From Rhynchobatus australiae (Eukaryota), in assembly GCA_034780895.1 (NCBI GenBank), contig JAUZTB010000001.1, positions 49,589,945 through 49,653,944 on the forward strand: a stretch of DNA of 64,000 nt, written 5' to 3'. Position 1 is the stretch's first letter. Each line of letters starts with the position of its first letter. Shown here piece after piece: positions 1 through 12,269 of the stretch. The notes below the pieces were generated by a model, which made no database searches, had not been told where the DNA came from, and saw only the letters and a program-made list of their open reading frames with translations. Position numbers and translations under genes: made by a program.

Positions 1-1819
1 GCTACTTTACAAATGCATAAGTGTTGTTCAAAATTCAGAATACATTCCTCATTTGAACAAGGAAAACAAGATAGCAATTCTATTGGCACATTCAGGCTAC
101 ATTTAGTTATTTGGATAGTGTGGGAATTCTTCTGCATTTTCTCCTGGGTTTTGCGGTTAGACAATTGGTGTTGGAGCAGTGAAGAAACACCAGAAAAACT
201 TATTTTTGCACCATTTATCCTCTAACAATTTTTGTTTTAATTTTAATATCCTTCATGAATCGAGATAGCTGGATTTAAATTTCTCACCATCCAGTGAGAA
301 GAAAAAACAAGAAAAATAATATGGCAAACAGAAAATAGAAAGGAGAATAGAGGGATACATTGACTTTAGGTAAACACATACCTGATCCAAGTATAGAATT
401 CCAAAATACCAAACTACTTCGCAGTCACTCCCATTACACACAATCTGATCCAACCATAACATTTACAAATAAATCTTGATCCAAGCATAAAATGCTGCTA
501 TTAACCAACTTTTTTAATACCACACTACATCTAGTCAAAGAACTGCTAAATTTCACCAAGAGACAGTAGCACAATTTAGAATCTAATCATTTACGTTAAA
601 AAGTGTTGTTTAGACTGAATTACTGAATGAATTCACTGTACATTAACTTTAAAACATTACTTCGTGGTTTTTTAATGAATGGTTAAATTGGCTGCACTAA
701 CAGTTTTCAAATATTTGCAAATTGGCTATTTTTATCTGCAGTTTATGGAAATCCTGATCCAAGCATAATCCTTATTCAAGCATAACATTTCTTGGCAATG
801 TGGTCTTGGGTTTATAATGACTTGATTCCACCCGTTACAGAAGAAAAAAATTAATATTCCAGCAGCAAAAGATCCTACTAATGAATAATGTTCTTTATCT
901 TGCTTTTCCTTATTGCCTGATTGTNNNNNNNNNNNNNNNNNNNNNNNNNNNNNNNNNNNNNNNNNNNNNNNNNNNNNNNNNNNNNNNNNNNNNNNNNNNN
1001 NNNNNNNNNNNNNNNNNNNNNNNNGATTGTGTTGTTTTTATTGCTTACCCCCCCCCCCCCCACTGTGTCCCATGTCTAACATTTTAATCATAAGGTAATT
1101 TCCATCTTCCCATTCTCAACCAAGTTATTTAACTGTAGAAGATGGTCATTAATCCATCGCAAGATTTGCACCATTTTCTCAAGAATTCAGTTATAAAATT
1201 AGAATAAAAACAACATTAAACATAAAGCATGAACTTTCAAAGTAAGCAGAACAAGAGAATTTCTTAATTGAAGCCGATGGTCTAACTTACTCACATTGCT
1301 TTTTGGTTTGACAATGAAAAATAGAAACCAATTTCCCAAAAAAAGGTTCATTTCTAAACCATGAATAAACTCTAATTGAGATCTGACATTTCCACTATCT
1401 ATCAACTAATTAAAAATTAATACAATATCAATTTAGACATCAGAATCTAATATACAGAATATTCAAACTTACTATACAGGTTCAGGGCACAGTTCATCTT
1501 TTAATTAGACTGCAACTGTTGAACAGCCAGCACTATCTTGAGCTCAAGATATTAAGTAGACTGTACTAAGGTGCTGAACATTCTGGCCACCATATGTGCT
1601 ATTCAGATCATATGGGAGTCGGTTGTGTTGATTGAAAAGTGCTTTTACATTTTCCAAGTGCATTGCTGTCATTATTACAAGCTGCAAGGTTTCACAAATA
1701 GGAAATGTTGAGATTGATCAATTAGTATGTTGGCAGTTGGTTGAAGAAAACTGCTTGCAGGATACTTTTATATTAAATTACCACTCAGTTTTGCATATGA
1801 CTGAACAGAAATAGGGTGT

Positions 1820-1910
1820 CAGTTCATCATACCTAAAATGCAGCACCTCCAATAATGTAGTGCTCAGTATTGCACTGAAATATTAGTTTTAATTTTACAC
1901 TCTAGTTGTG
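1820..1910 (-). mobile_element. Decayed Deu-domain SINE-like fragment
   Basis: gcagcacctccaataatgtagtgctcagtattgcactg resembles the DeuSINE block ggcacctcc..agtgcagcactccctcagtactgcactg (recalled); related copies near 42.7 and 51.5 kb. Confidence 0.45.
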
Positions 1911-2205
1911 CAGCATGTTTCTGTAAAATCATCACATGATCGTTTCAATTAATACAAATAATTAATGTTGATGCTAAACAACATTCCAATTTTTAGCATT
2001 CGGAGGCAAAACTGGTGCAATAATGGAGGGAATCTTCTTATTCTATGATGAACTGAACAATAACTACGAGACCCTCCCTAATATTTCAGTCTTGTACCAA
2101 AAGGGTAATTCTCTGGGCAAGGGAATGAAGGTCCATACAGATAAAAATGGTACTTAATTTTTTTGGGTGGAAAGGCTGATAAACAAAAAAAAGAAAATGG
2201 TCAGA

Positions 2206-2514
2206 GAGTAAAACTCTAATAATCCACTACCCCATTGACTGGAATGTAAAAACTTTCACTACCCCATGGTCTGGCATCTGGTCATTGGGACTCTGTTTCC
2301 CGTGCTCTTTCATTCACTGGGATCCCGTTTCCCTACACTCTCTTTAAACAGAATGGGTTCACAGGATAATTTATTGCATTACTGTGTAATATTTTTAAAG
2401 AAGCAAAAAAGGTATTTGTGTATAGGAACAAATAGGAGGAATATCCAATAGTTCAGAAAATTTGCCAACCTAGCACCAATATCTCAAGTATGCCAAATTA
2501 TCAGAGTTTTACTG
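2206..2514. mobile_element. Tc1/mariner (Tigger-like) non-autonomous element, about 310 bp
   Basis: Terminal inverted repeats agtaaaactctaataat (2207-2223) and attatcagagttttact (2497-2513), 16/17 match; the right end ...ACTG is followed by TA. Confidence 0.6.
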
Positions 2515-2661
2515 TAATAAATTGAATATGGGCAATGAAGGTTCCACTGTACATCTTGATTAATCCAGCCTACAGCCTTATTCTTTCCAACTTTGTGGTA
2601 AGATGTACTATTGACTTTAAACATTCATTCAGATTTAAAAACAAACAGGAACTCTACTTAC

Positions 2662-2771
2662 AGCAAGGAATTCTTTAAGTCGATCTTCAATGCTTCCTTT
2701 ATGAATGGTGAACAAGGCAGCAGCAATTTGATTTATAGCTTTGGCCAAACAATGAATGTTGTTACAATGCC
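2662..2771 (-). CDS. NCKAP1: NCKAP1 exon ~29 (110 nt)
   Basis: gtacag|GG CAT TGT...CTT GCT|gtaagt; [36 protein letters not shown]. Confidence 0.95.
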
Positions 2772-3524
2772 CTGTACAGTTAAACATAGGTACTTTGAAA
2801 TCACAGACAACATGTATATGAAGTAACAGTCTCCCTCACAAGTGTAGCATAAACACCCCATTGTTATGCATGTGGATACTTCCGACATCATGCAGACTCA
2901 GTTCATTTTGACCACAGACAACAAGGGACAGAGGATTGAAAAACAAAAACTGCAGAACCTGGATTACTGAAATAAAAACTAACAAAAATAATCTGGAAAT
3001 ACTCAGCTGAAGCAGCATCTGTGGAGAGAGAAATCCTCTATTCTTTTACCTCTGACCTGAATCAGAAAATGATAAAGTCACAGTAAGTTTCAAATGTGAG
3101 AGGAAAAATTTGGAAACTGGAATATAGCAGAATCAGTCTGAAACAGTATGATTCTCAAATGCCTCTAAATATCTCCCTGTCTGCAATTTCCATCTTTAGT
3201 TAAATAAACATTTAATAATTTTCTGCATTGGTCAGCCGTTCCAAATTCATGAGACTCTTTTTACAAACTGACCAATTTGTTAAATAATTCTAATAATGGT
3301 AGGAGAGTCATCCAACAGTGACCCAGCTAAAATTTCCATCATCAGGAACATATCACTCATCTGGATCAAATTGTTGTTTGAAATAAAAAAGCTTATCCAT
3401 AGCCAATGCAAGAATCACAAATTCTTGCATATTGAAACTAAAATTAACATCTTTTTCCAAAAGATACATATTAAAATTTTGAAAAATACAATAGTTAAAA
3501 TGCAAAAAAACTAAGTGCATAAAA

Positions 3525-3660
3525 TCAGTAAATTGGACTTTAATTTGTGTTTTTGTGAATGTTGTGTCTCTAATGCTGTGTGCCTGTGTTGCTGCTGCAG
3601 ATAAATATTTCATTTCACCTGCACATACATGTACTTATGCACATGACAATAAACTCTATG
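3525..3660 (+). mobile_element. Rex1/Babar-type LINE 3' tail
   Basis: tgtgcctgtgttgctgctgcag...cacctgcac..catgtactt.tgcacatgacaataaactc; the same tail follows Rex1-like coding sequence at 59.1-59.6 kb. Confidence 0.6.
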
Positions 3661-3667
3661 TTGACTG

Positions 3668-3775
3668 AGAAAATGCTAGAGATACTCAGCAAGTCAGGCA
3701 GCATCTGTGAACAGAGAAACAGTCAATGCTTCACGTTAATGACCCTTCTTCAAAGCTGGAAGAATTAGACAAGCA
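3668..3775 (-). mobile_element. Penelope-like pLTR fragment with decayed hammerhead motif
   Basis: Reverse complement cagct ttgaaga agggtcattaacgt gaagcatt gactg ... cagatgctgcctgacttgctgagtat. Confidence 0.6.
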
Positions 3776-3839
3776 TGATTAATGTTGTAAGGTGGAAGGA
3801 CGATTGTACTGGTGCTGCTTTCTGTATATATAAAATGCA

Positions 3840-5210
3840 AAAAATTCATTACTTTTGCTGCTAATTTCCACCTGGCCCTCACTTTCACATGGTCCATATT
3901 TGACTCTTCTCTTGTCTGAACTCCAATCCATCCAGGAGGGTAGGGTAGCGCCTAATATCTATAATAAGCTTGCATATTCCCACAGCTATCCTGTCTACAC
4001 CTTGTCCATACCCTACTTCCTGCAAGGATTCCATTCCATTCTACAAGTTTCTCCATCAGTCCCATCTATTCCGAGGATGGGAGTTTCCACATCAGTACTT
4101 CTGAGAAGTCTGTGTTAATCGTGACTTCCCCTCTACTATAATTGACAGGACTCTTGACCTCACCTGTTTCCTGCACTTTTGGTCTTATCCCATCTCTTCC
4201 CAGCCAAAGCAAGGACAGGGTTCCCTTTGACCTCTTCTCCACCCACCAGCTTCCACATTCAAGGGATATCCTCCATAAGTTCTGCCATCTTCAATGAGAT
4301 TCCACCACCAGTTACATCCTATTCTCTCCATTCAGCATTCTGAACAAACTGTTCCACTCCATGACTCCCTCATTTGCTCTTCCAACTCCCTCACCACTTC
4401 CTTTCTCATGGCACTTTCCCCATACAACTGCTAGAAATGCAACACCTGCCCTTTCACCATGTCTCCACATCCAGTCCTTCAAAATGAAGCAGTAATTCAC
4501 TTGCGCTTCTTCCAAATATAGTGTTTTGCATTTGGTACTCAAGATTTGCCCTCCTCTACGATGGAGAAACCAAATGCAGATTGGGTGATTACTTTGTAAA
4601 ACTCCTTCAGAGCTTGAGGGTGTCCCCGAACACTCAATCTTTAATTCTCCATTCCAACTGTCCTAACTACACTGTTTCACCAAATCCCAAGCTAAAGCTC
4701 CCTCTAAGCTCCTCATCTTCCATCCTGGTACATGCAGCCCTCAGGACGCAATTAATTCAGCAATTTCTGATAATCAAGTTCTTACAAATGGAAGAATGTG
4801 CGTCAGAAGTGGCTATTCTAATACAAGATTGTGCAGCTATACTAACTCAGTCCACTCTCACTCCACAGATGCTATTTCATTTTCTGAGCATTTCCAGCAA
4901 ACACTGTGTTCAGCATCTCAATTCCAGCATGTTTTAAGCAATTTATTCATCTTCCTCTATTAACGCTCAAGGCAGATTAACTGTGATTAACAAGCATTCA
5001 TTTTCCTCTTGGTAGTGATTGTTTTACATGGTCAACTTTTGTCACTATCAGATATTCCTTTGTTATCTCCACCCTCCCCCTCTCAAAATATGCTTCCTTT
5101 TCCACTTATTCTGTTTTGCTGAAGGAGTCCTTGACCTAAAATGTTTACTTATTTCTCTTTATAGAGGTTGTCTTACCTGCTGAATAACCCAGTATTTTCT
5201 GACTTTACTG
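3840..5210 (+). mobile_element. Decayed Penelope-like element (RT C-terminal region, GIY-YIG endonuclease, terminal repeat)
   Basis: Remnant translations IYNKLAYSHSY...CKDSIPF (PLE RT) and FCIWYSRFALLYDGETKCRLGD (GIY-YIG, YCI..C..LYIGET); terminal repeat at 5100-5210; many frameshifts. Confidence 0.8.
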
Positions 5211-6464
5211 CATAAAAGAATTAGATGTGAAAAGCCGTACCAGACATCAGTAACTGGAAAGGCAAGGTTCTGCCAAAGGCTGCAGTGGAGATCCAGAAGC
5301 CTCATGGACAGTACTGAAAAGTCTCTTGGGTTTCTCCTCTTTTGCAAATGCATTCAGCAACTCCAAAAACAAAAACCCATCTGAAGCTAAGTTTCCCATC
5401 TCTATCAAGTAACCTTTTGACACTCAAATTCATTGCACCATTAGGATAACCCAAAAACCAGATGGTGTACACACTAAGACAAAATACTATTGCACTGGTC
5501 ACCTGTGGTTCTTTCTGATTTTAGGGTAGGTGATTAGCTCTGGGAAACTGATGAGATTATCTTTACATTCTTTCACTGCACCCATGCTTGAAATTGAACG
5601 TTCACATTTAAGAAAGCAGATTTTGACCATTTTGCATTTACTTCCTGTCATTTGACACATCTAGATTTTTACTTGAAAAGTAAAAAAGTCAAGTTTATTG
5701 TCACATGCACAAGTACAAAGGGAAAAAAAAAGATTTGGATTATATTCAAGGGTATTTTTGACACATTTTAACTGTTAGAAATAGGACAGTTTGTAAAAGA
5801 ACATGGTTCACGTATTGCTCCTGATGAGACGATGACCCAAAGTCTGGATCTTTTGAGCCATTGAGATTTTCTATACCTTGTTATAGAAATTGTTCAACAT
5901 TTTGCACAAAAGTTCACCTGCATCACCTGCAGACATTTTTGTTAATAAACCAGAGTAGTATGAATCACATTTTCTTAAAAGGTACTGAGCCAAACTGCAA
6001 ATATGGTGAACATTTAAATCCAGAGTCTGAAATTAAATATGTCAGTACCAAAAAGGGAAATCTTTCTCTCCCGAAGGCAAATGACTATTAAACAATGTAC
6101 AAGCTAAAAATGCTCTAATACTAAAGGGGCCATGCTGAACACATGGTTATAACTTTAAAATTCAGTTTTAAAATTAGTTTCCTTCACTTATGTTAATTGC
6201 ATACAACAGTGTGCAGCAAATTGTGTAGGCTAGTTGACAATATCCTTATTTAAAAATTCAAATGTCCTAATTTTAAGAATCTAAACCTAGTAAGTGCTAT
6301 TTATTCCCAGCAAAATAGAAATTCTTTAAATCTTTTCAATGTCAGTTATATCCAATCAACGTAAAACTCTCAAAAATAGTTTATTACAATAATAGCATCT
6401 GAAACTTCAAACTTTACATTCTGATTTTGCCTTTGACACTTCACTATAGAAAACCAGTACTTAC

Positions 6465-6581
6465 CTTCAATAGCAGGACTATATTGGGACATGACATTAC
6501 TGGCTAGAGTTGGAAGAGATACAGCAACAAACACCATCAGGAGGCAGGCAATTTTATATTCTTCCTCTGGGCTAATATTCT
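6465..6581 (-). CDS. NCKAP1: NCKAP1 exon ~28 (117 nt)
   Basis: tcacag|AG AAT ATT...ATT GAA G|gtaagt; [38 protein letters not shown]. Confidence 0.95.
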
Positions 6582-8540
6582 CTGTGAAGGATTGGGAGAA
6601 AGTATCAATTAATACCACAACTAGCAATATTTTAACCAGCATTTAGAATTAAATTTTAGTCCAACTTTGCTAAATCTACTGCAAAAGTGTTAGCAAATCT
6701 TTAATATTTTTACATTATGTACCAAAATACATTACTATAAAGTGGTACAAAATCAAATTGTCAAATAATATAGCCATAAATCATCATAAGAGGAATGAAG
6801 CATTAGGAATAAGCTTCAGGTCGTTTCACTAATTTGCACTTGAATTCTATTCACACATTTAGGTCCTTATTCATCAATAGCCTCTCAAACAATAATCTTA
6901 ATCTTGAATGCTCCACTTACCCCAAAAAGCAGAGAATGCTGGGACAAGTGTTCCAAATTGCCATCACTCCACACGAGTAAATAAGCACTTCCCAATTTCA
7001 TTCCCAAGTGATCCAGCTCTGATTTTATTAATTAGCTACATTACAATTGACTACACCTCAAGTACATTTTGATTGTAACACACTTTGGTGCATCCCGGGG
7101 TGCTGAATCGCCAAACCAGTTAGTTATGTATAATTTACATTATTTTAAGCTAATGTTAACTTACGTTCGTCATGTTTGTAAAGTACAGTGCTGCTGCTGC
7201 AAAGAAGCTAATTTTTTTTCAATAACATTTATACCCTGTGAATGTATGCTATGACAATTAACTTGAACTTATAGTGAAGAAAACCACCTTTCAAATCAAT
7301 TTTTTATCTTTGGAGTTAATTTTCCATTGCTGCTTATCGACAGAAAAAGGACAATATTTGGCTCTTGGAGACAAGCGGAGGGCTCAGAATAGGTTAAAAA
7401 TACTGCAATATTTAAAAATATATGCATTTATATGGAGTCTTTCACAACATTAGGACATACCAAAGCACATCATAGCTAACACTGCATCAGTAACTACACT
7501 TCAATAAAAGTCATTGTAAAACTTCCAAACATTTAGGTTCTGAAATATGTTTAACATGTGCAAATTTTTTTTGCTTTCATTGAAGTACAATCACAATTCC
7601 AGTCATAAAGATACAAGCGAAAGGATGTGTCGTGTAATTTGAGGGAGTAGCAAAAGAGAACTTTGAAGAAATCCATAGAAATAGCCAAATAGCCTATGAT
7701 ATTAAGTCATGAATCTTCACATCAACAAATGCTAGACTTAAGTGCCTTTATAACCTAAGCCATCATAAGTACCAAAACTTTCACCTGTTAATAATCACAA
7801 TGCATTCAACCATACCATAATACTTCAAGGCCACTATTCATAATGTTTTGCTGTCGGAAACAGAGTAATTGTATGCCTGTGTGGGGGATACAACAATGCT
7901 GGCAAGACTGCATTTATTAATCTCAGTTGTCTTGGAGGGTGGTAAAGTTATTTCAGAAAGTAATTAGAGATGCCTGTAAACTAGATTGGGTCGGAATGGC
8001 AGTTTCATGCACTGGAACAATATTGAACCAGTTGCATTTTCATAATGATGAGATTTGAAATTTTAAAACATGGGTAAAAGGTATAGAATAGTGACCATTG
8101 CTTTAACAACCGAAATTACCTGAATCTGGAAGGCAACAGTAGACTAAAACACCTAAACATGTGATTAGATACAAGCTTTACTTCATTGTAATAAATAGGA
8201 CAGAATAAGTGAATTAAAGGTGCTTATCCTCGGGTATTACTGGTTTATCATTCTATGCATCTTATTTCCTGGAAGCTCATGGAATTACAATGGGATTTGA
8301 TGAATTTCTGACCTTGGAGAATCACCTTTTTATACATTTTGCAAAAGAGCTGGAGGGAAATCATGTTGTAATATGTGAACAACAGCACTGCCAACTTTAA
8401 ATGTAACATAACCCTATACTTTGCATGTGGCAAGTTCCGCAGCACACTGACTGCTGGATGAAACTGGAAAATTGAATGAATGCTGAACACTTCTTAAACA
8501 AGTCAGCCCATGCACCATTGGCCAATTTGCACCAGTTTTT

Positions 8541-8752
8541 TAAAAAAAATTTATTTACAGCGTGGTAACAGGCTCTTCTGGCCCAACGAGTCCGTGCTGG
8601 CCATTTTTAAACCCATGTTAGCCTACCCGTACGTCTTTGGAAAGTGGGGGGAAACCGGAGCACCCGGAGGAAACACATGCAGACACAGGAGAATGTACAA
8701 ACTCCTTACAGACAGCGATGGGAATCAAAACCCGATCACTGGCGCTGCAATA
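8541..8752 (-). mobile_element. V-SINE (tRNA-derived, HE1-like)
   Basis: V-domain gtctttgga..gtggg.ggaaaccggagcacccggaggaaac.ca.gcagacacagg.gaatgtacaaactcc plus the 3' tail; homologous to the copies at 30.0 and 31.8 kb. Confidence 0.85.
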
Positions 8753-10863
8753 ATCAGCCTTTATCCATACCATGTACAATATAACTATTGTATTGAATCG
8801 GCCACGATTTTTGGACCCATCATAACCAGGGTGTAGGGGGAAAAGGGATGGAAAGGTCCAAAATTTAATTTTTTGATTAAAAATAAAACTTAGGGGAGCT
8901 TTGAAGACCACAAATATAAGGAGGCAGGAGCCATTCTATAAAATCATACAAGGCCATTCTATACGATCATAGCTGATCTACCTCAGGGTCACTATATCCT
9001 ATATTAACCCCACATCTCCTGATTCTAATATTAAAAATATCCAAAAGATTGTCAATCCAAAAATGAAATGCAAATACAAAAACTGTTTCAGATTTTAAAA
9101 TCTATTTTGTGATTAAACGGACACAAAGCCATCCTCAACCCAAACTATAAATAATTTTGGTAACTGCTACAGGCAAATGCAGATCTGTATGAATAAACTT
9201 ATTTCAAATGGCCTTATTCTTCCTCTCTAAATCTCCAACACTTCAAGCACCCTGCAAATTCATCACTTCTCACATTCTAGTAATTTTCCCACCCCATCAT
9301 TGGGCAACTCAACCACTTCAGTCCATCTAGAATTCCTTTACTCAACCATTCCTTCTCCCCTCCAAAGTTTTCATAATAAAATACAGGTTTTGCTTGCACT
9401 TCCATTTCATAATTATATTTTCATTGTTATCTCAGCATGGTTATATCGGTAGCTGGAGCTTTCATGCCTCAGACCATAACATGGATACTACTGGGATTTG
9501 AACAAACATGGTTGTCAGGCAATCACATTCATCCATTGGTGCTAGTTCAACTCAATTTACAGTGGCATCAAGAGCAAAATGTTTTGACAGGAAGAGCACT
9601 AACTTGATAGGAACTAACACTGAACATTCTCCAGCTTTAAATATAAATTTAGCTTTAAAAATCCAGTAATAAGCAGCCTACTTAAAAAAATCATTCTGCC
9701 TTCACTTATGAAAGCCAAATTGACCTGGAGAGTGGGGAAAAAACTCTTATTATAAATTAATTGCTATNNNNNNNNNNNNNNNNNNNNNNNNNNNNNNNNN
9801 NNNNNNNNNNNNNNNNNNNNNNNNNNNNNNNNNNNNNNNNNNNNNNNNNNNNNNNNNNNNNNNNCTGTTCCTGAAATCTGTTCATAACCCAAATAGTTTG
9901 CAAGTTGGAAATATGGCCACAAACCCTGTTCCCACATGGCAGGAGATGCCTGCAGCCCCGCAGCAGTAGGCAAATTCATCCTGCCAGTCTCCCAATCTCT
10001 TGTTTGTATATAGGATATACATAAATTGGGCTCATAAGCTGGGAAGGACCTTGAGTAAAATGAGAGCAAAGTATGTAGATGAAAAAAATATCCAGAAAAC
10101 TGGTGGGGGGAAAAAAGATAGGAAGATATATTCTGCAGAATCAAATCTGTGAACATGTACTTTACATTGAGCCACCTGGTCTTCTTCCTGCAGTTTTTGT
10201 AGGATAAAGTCAAACAGGAAAGCTTTAACTCAAACACAATGAGTCACTCAGCTACAAGAAATATTGCTGCAGTTTCTTTAGTCCAGGCAGTTAGTAAACT
10301 GCAGTTCTATGAGCTCATGCAGATGACATGAATGGAACCAAATTCTTCAATTCAGAAGTAATGGCAGATTCATTTTTCCACAGTTGTACAATGTCCTATT
10401 TCTTTTCATTTACTGTTCAGAATGGTTATCATATGTGTAGAGCCTTGTACACTGCAATACCAAACTTTCCTTTAGCAATTATCAGCTCCCATTTTTCCAA
10501 AATTTTAATACTGCAGTCAAAACTGAATTAAGTACCACAGAACTAAAGGGAAATAAATGTTAAGTGACACATTTGGAAAGAATTTCTCAAGAGTTTGAGC
10601 TCATTGAACTTTAGTGTGTATTTTCAAACCAAACATCCAAAATTTTGTGATTAAACAGAAGTAAAATAAAATACATATATTTGGTCGCTGATATCTAATC
10701 CAACAGGCTCATGAGAAGTCTCAAAGGATGAGTGCTGGTGGCATTAAATATTACCCTTATAATTTAGCAATGAGAGCCCGCACACCCAGGATGCTTCCAC
10801 AAATTGTTTTGAGAACCCAAACTCTGAGATGATGGCAGATATAGTCAAAGCTTCACAAGAACA

Positions 10864-11051
10864 TTACCTCGTGGCTCTTGACCTCAATACCCCGACTAAT
10901 GAAGGCCAACACACCATACACCTTCTTAACACCCCTATCAACCTGCGCTGCAACCTTGAGGGATCTATGGATGCAGACCCCAAGATCCCTCTGTTCCTCC
11001 ACACTGCTAAGAGTCCTGCCATTAACCTTGTATTCTGCCTTCAAATTCGAT
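10864..11051 (-). mobile_element. CR1-clade LINE ORF2 fragment, cut by a gap
   Basis: Translation YKVNGRTLSSVEEQRDLGVCIHRSLKVAAQVDRGVKKVYGVLAFISRGIE, typical of CR1 RT C-terminus. Confidence 0.85.
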
Positions 11052-11093
11052 NNNNNNNNNNNNNNNNNNNNNNNNNNNNNNNNNNNNNNNNNN

Positions 11094-11553
11094 CAGGACT
11101 GCAAGGAGGAAGTTGTGGACACAGCCCAGCGCATCATGGACACCAGCCTCCCCTCCTTGGCCTCTACCTCCTGTTGTCTTGGTGTAGCAGCTGGCATAAT
11201 CAAAGATCCTACCCACCCAAGACATTCTCTTCCAGTGGGTAGAAGATATAGCAGCCCAGGGGCATGTACCACCAGACTTAAGGACAGCTGTGATAAGACT
11301 ACCAAACTGCTCCCTTATATGATGAGATGGATTTTGACCTCAATCTACCTTGTTGTGACCTTTTACCTTATTGCACTGCACTCTCTGTAGCTGTAACACT
11401 TTACTCTGTACTGTAATTGTTTTTACCTCTACTACATCAATGCATTCTGTACTGACTCAATGTAACTGCACTATGTAATGAATTGACCTGTACAATTGGT
11501 TTGGAAGACAAGCTTTTCCACTGTACCTTGCTACAAGTGACAATAATAAACCA
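11094..11553 (+). mobile_element. Rex1/Babar-type LINE 3' end
   Basis: Translation VVDTAQRIMDTSLPSL...IIKDPTHPRHSLPVGRRYSS...TTRLKDS, then a 3' UTR ending gacaataataaacc. Confidence 0.75.
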
Positions 11554-11559
11554 TACCAC

Positions 11560-11725
11560 CCCCCCCAACCTTTTTATACCAGCTACCTCCCCTCTTTCCA
11601 GTCCTGAAGAGTCCCAACCCAAAGTGTCAACTGTCCATTTCCCTCTCAGATGCTGCCCGACTGCTGTGTTCCACTAGCTTTGTGTTGCTCCAGATTTCCA
11701 GCATCTGCAGTCTCTTCTGTCTCCT
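11560..11725 (+). mobile_element. Penelope-like pLTR copy with hammerhead remnant
   Basis: cagtc ctgaaga gtcccaaccc aaagtgtc aactg ... agatgctgcccgactgctg ... ccagatttccagcatctgcagtctc. Confidence 0.7.
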
Positions 11726-12269
11726 TTATTCCCCTTGTGTATTTACAGAGGAGAATTTTGTTCCCATCTTTCTCAAGTGCCTACTGCAGTGCTAGACACT
11801 GAAGACTGACTGCATTAGAAACAGACAGCATGAAATGGGAGATGAACGAACAATTCTAGACTGAATTATTCATTGTCCACAGCAAGTGTGCAGGAACCGC
11901 ACCATCATTACTGCCTCCATCTGCAATAACTAAATGAATGATTTTTTAAAAAATTTATTTGTTGCCTGTGCCTTGTAGAGGAAATAGAGCCGATCCCCCA
12001 GGATTCTGAGTGCCTCAGACAGTAACACTTTCATCTCCATGTCAGTGCCACCCCAGAGGTGTGATAAATCAAAGCAGATGCACCAAGGGGGAAGGACACA
12101 GATCACAGAAAACTTTGTGGTTTCCAAATACTTTAAAATGCAAATCCTGTTCATCCTGCCCAAAAATGTCTTGTTAATCCCAACTCCCTGCTCTTGATCT
12201 GTAGAGCTACCATTATGTGGATGTCATAAGAATCGTCAAAACAAGATTCATTGGTCTATAATTTCCCCA

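Noticed and set aside
253-462. ORF containing LDQIV / ILYLDQ, superficially like the LLLDMIV at the exon 30-31 junction
   Set aside because: No trace of LASSSLLKIGQETDK upstream; the similarity comes from the local 15-mer repeat. Exon 30 is not visible in the window.
381-790. CRISPR-like repeat-spacer pattern
   Set aside because: Repeats are too short and imperfect, spacing is irregular, there are no cas genes, and the context is a vertebrate intron.
3330-3346. Other CTGATGA motifs (here, 5821, 30872, 40141) as hammerhead or C-box candidates
   Set aside because: No properly placed stem II plus GAAA, and no D box with a terminal stem.
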